A model generated the notes under the pieces. That model was given only the letters and a program-made list of their open reading frames with translations, was not told the DNA's origin and searched no databases. Below, in pieces: positions 61,826 to 64,000 of a stretch of DNA of 64,000 bases. Origin of the DNA: an uncultured Hyphomicrobiales bacterium (lineage in GTDB: Bacteria; Pseudomonadota; Alphaproteobacteria; Rhizobiales; TMED25); NCBI GenBank assembly GCA_905181735.1, contig CAJIYR010000008.1:81876-145875 (forward strand), read 5' to 3'. A program made the translations under genes and the position numbers. Each line of letters begins with the position of its first letter. Positions within the stretch are counted from its first letter, which is position 1.

Positions 61826-63091
61826 TTATCCCTGAGTAAAATATTGATTTAACTTATTATAATCATGTAATTTTGAAATTGGACCTAGAGCACTAACTGT
61901 TAGCATCGAACTATCTATCATATTCCGCGAGTAGGCCTGGATAGATTCAATACTTTGTTGATCTATCTTTTGAATAATTTCATTTGTTGGGAAAACACGC
62001 CCATATATGCTTACTTGTCTAGCAATCTGGTTAAGTCTTGAAATTGGGCTCTCAAGAGCCATCATTAAGCCTGATTTTAACTGTTTTTTAGCCCTTTCAA
62101 GCTCTTCTTCTGTTAATGTACTTGTAATATTAAATAATTCTTCAGCTATAACCCTTGAACATTCGTTTATTTTTTCTGGCGACGTAGCTGCATATATGCC
62201 AAATATACCTGTATCTTTATAGTTAGATGCAAAAGAAAATACCGAATATGACAAACCCAATTCTTCACGAATATTCTGAAATAATCTTGATGACATGCCA
62301 CCACCTAATGCATTTGAAAAAAGATGAGATGCATATAAATTTTTGTCATTGTACGAATTTCCTTCAAAAGCAAACAGTAAGTGTGCTTGTTCTATTTCCC
62401 TTTCCTCTCTAATGTCTCCGCCATCATATCGAGCTGGAACAGTGTTAATTAAATTTTGTTTTTTTATATCAGAAAAATAATCTTCTACCAAGCTAACAAA
62501 GTCAGAATGCTTAATCGATCCAGTAGCTGCTATGACGATGTTGTTAGAATGGTAATAACGATTAAGGTAAGATACCAAAGCGCTTGAGTCAATTCCAGAT
62601 AATGTATCATTAGTTCCTAATATTGATCTACCTATTGATTGATTTGAATAAGCCGTTTTTTGTAAGTTCTCAAATACCACATCATCCGGAGAATCATTAT
62701 TTGATGCTATTTCTTGATATATAACATTCTTTTCTTTATCTAATTCTGATTGGTCGAAGATAGAATTTTTTATTATGTCTGATAATATTTCTAAGGCTAC
62801 CTTTGCGTCATTTTTCATAACCCTTACATAATAGGAAGTTCTCTCTAAACTAGTTGATGCGTTTATATCTCCCCCTACATTTTCAATTGCCATCGCAATT
62901 TCTTTGGCAGATCTTGTTTTTGTACCTTTAAAAGCCATGTGTTCCAGTAAATGTGATATACCCTGCTCGTTCTGTTTTTCATCTCTTGCTCCAACCTCAA
63001 TCCAGACTCCAAGTGACAAGGTTTCTAGGTTCTGCATTTCATGAGAAACAACTCTAATATTATTTTTAAGTTTAGTAATATTTATATCCAT
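61826..63091 (-). CDS. M16 family zinc peptidase (processing protease-like)
   Basis: HXXEH motif 'HLLEHMAFKGT', 'GGGMSSRLFQNIREELGLSY'. Confidence 0.93.
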   Translation of the reverse strand: MDINITKLKNNIRVVSHEMQNLETLSLGVWIEVGARDEKQNEQGISHLLEHMAFKGTKTRSAKEIAMAIENVGGDINASTSLERTSYYVRVMKNDAKVALEILSDIIKNSIFDQSELDKEKNVIYQEIASNNDSPDDVVFENLQKTAYSNQSIGRSILGTNDTLSGIDSSALVSYLNRYYHSNNIVIAATGSIKHSDFVSLVEDYFSDIKKQNLINTVPARYDGGDIREEREIEQAHLLFAFEGNSYNDKNLYASHLFSNALGGGMSSRLFQNIREELGLSYSVFSFASNYKDTGIFGIYAATSPEKINECSRVIAEELFNITSTLTEEELERAKKQLKSGLMMALESPISRLNQIARQVSIYGRVFPTNEIIQKIDQQSIESIQAYSRNMIDSSMLTVSALGPISKLHDYNKLNQYFTQG

Positions 63092-63109
63092 TTTACCTCG
63101 ATTTATATT

Positions 63110-64000
63110 TTATTGTGAGACTATATAGTCTTTAATTATTTGAGCATTATTTGGCATAGAGCAGATCTCTTCGCTTAAGGAATGTAGGTTTTTATGTTTT
63201 TCAGGAAGAGCTGGGTGTTGCTTAATCGCTTCAAAAATAGTTTCAGGAAATTTTGCTGGATGTGCAGTTGATAAGACTATAGTTGAAGATTTAGGTTTTT
63301 TTAATGCAACACCAAATCCTATAGCTGTATGTGGATCTATGATCATATTATATTCAACATACACTTTTTTAATTATTTTTAACGTATCAATTGTATCCAA
63401 TGAATCAGCGTCAAACATCATTTTAAACTGCAAATGAGCATTTTTAGATAACTCAAATTTTCCGCAATCTGAAAGTAATGCCATGCACTTTTTTACTTCC
63501 AATGGATCTTTGCCTTCAAGATCAAATAAGAGTCTCTCAAAATTGCTAGAAATTTGAATGTCCATAGAAGGGCTATTGCTTGGCATAACATCAGATATTT
63601 TATAGACACCAGTATCAATGCACCTCTTTAAAATATCATTTATATTCGTAGCTATAATGAGCTTAGATATTGGCAGACCCATTGATTGAGCTAAATAACC
63701 AGCGTATATATCCCCAAAATTTCCTGTGGGCACAATAAAATTAATTGGTATGTCTTTATTTTTTATAAAAGAGAAAGCTGTAAAGTAATAAACACATTGG
63801 ACCATTATCCTTGCCCAATTAATTGAATTTACTCCGGACAAGTTAACACTTTTAGCAAAATCATGATCATTAAAGAGATTTTTTACAATATTTTGACAGT
63901 CATCAAAGGTTCCGTCTATTGATAATATCTTAATATTTTTGGATTTTACAGTTGTCATCATTCTTCTTTGTACATCAGAAACTTTTCCATTCGGCAATAG
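63110..64000 (-). CDS. thrC: Threonine synthase, C-terminal part (5' truncated by window edge)
   Basis: 'GTFDDCQ', 'NSINWARI', 'VPTGNFG', 'SPSMDIQISSNFER', 'DPHTA', 'TAHPAKF'. Confidence 0.95.
   Translation of the reverse strand, partial: LLPNGKVSDVQRRMMTTVKSKNIKILSIDGTFDDCQNIVKNLFNDHDFAKSVNLSGVNSINWARIMVQCVYYFTAFSFIKNKDIPINFIVPTGNFGDIYAGYLAQSMGLPISKLIIATNINDILKRCIDTGVYKISDVMPSNSPSMDIQISSNFERLLFDLEGKDPLEVKKCMALLSDCGKFELSKNAHLQFKMMFDADSLDTIDTLKIIKKVYVEYNMIIDPHTAIGFGVALKKPKSSTIVLSTAHPAKFPETIFEAIKQHPALPEKHKNLHSLSEEICSMPNNAQIIKDYIVSQ

Noticed and set aside
640-62412. Many short or antisense ORFs in the track (e.g. 640-1203, 8792-9235, 35842-36252, 43161-43598, 43876-44190, 57530-57859)
   Set aside because: They lie inside or opposite well-supported genes and have no recognisable motifs; shadow ORFs
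1-64000. CRISPR arrays, IS elements, prophage, integrase, rRNA, riboswitches
   Set aside because: No spaced direct repeats, transposase, integrase or phage ORFs, or recognisable structured RNAs other than tRNA-Gln were seen by eye

Overview
AT-rich, very gene-dense chromosomal segment with about 60 CDSs and one tRNA-Gln(TTG). It comes from a streamlined alphaproteobacterium, probably marine (inferred from ccrM, the separate F0 atp cluster, the ispH-thrB-rnhA and thrC-M16-rimJ gene orders, and acuI). Positions ~19.5-64 kb are core housekeeping genes. Positions 1-19.4 kb, downstream of the tRNA 3' end, are an accessory catabolic region. It holds an 8-gene minus-strand C1/formyl-CoA operon: NIPSNAP, a non-canonical Oxc/HACL-type TPP enzyme, frc, a stand-alone ALDH1L-type formyltransferase, fhs, a two-subunit NAD-linked formate dehydrogenase and a PanE-like reductase. 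A divergent cassette encodes an atypical acyl-CoA dehydrogenase, a CapA-family protein, a BVMO and an amidase. The main hypothesis is that the formyltransferase links 10-formyl-THF to formyl-CoA. A second signal is that three intact genes (FDH alpha, a NUDIX hydrolase, ispE) have no ATG/GTG/TTG upstream of their conserved N-termini and appear to start at ATC/ATT codons placed correctly behind Shine-Dalgarno motifs. No CRISPR, IS, integrase, prophage or rRNA was seen. Family assignments come from recognising motifs by eye, not from database searches.
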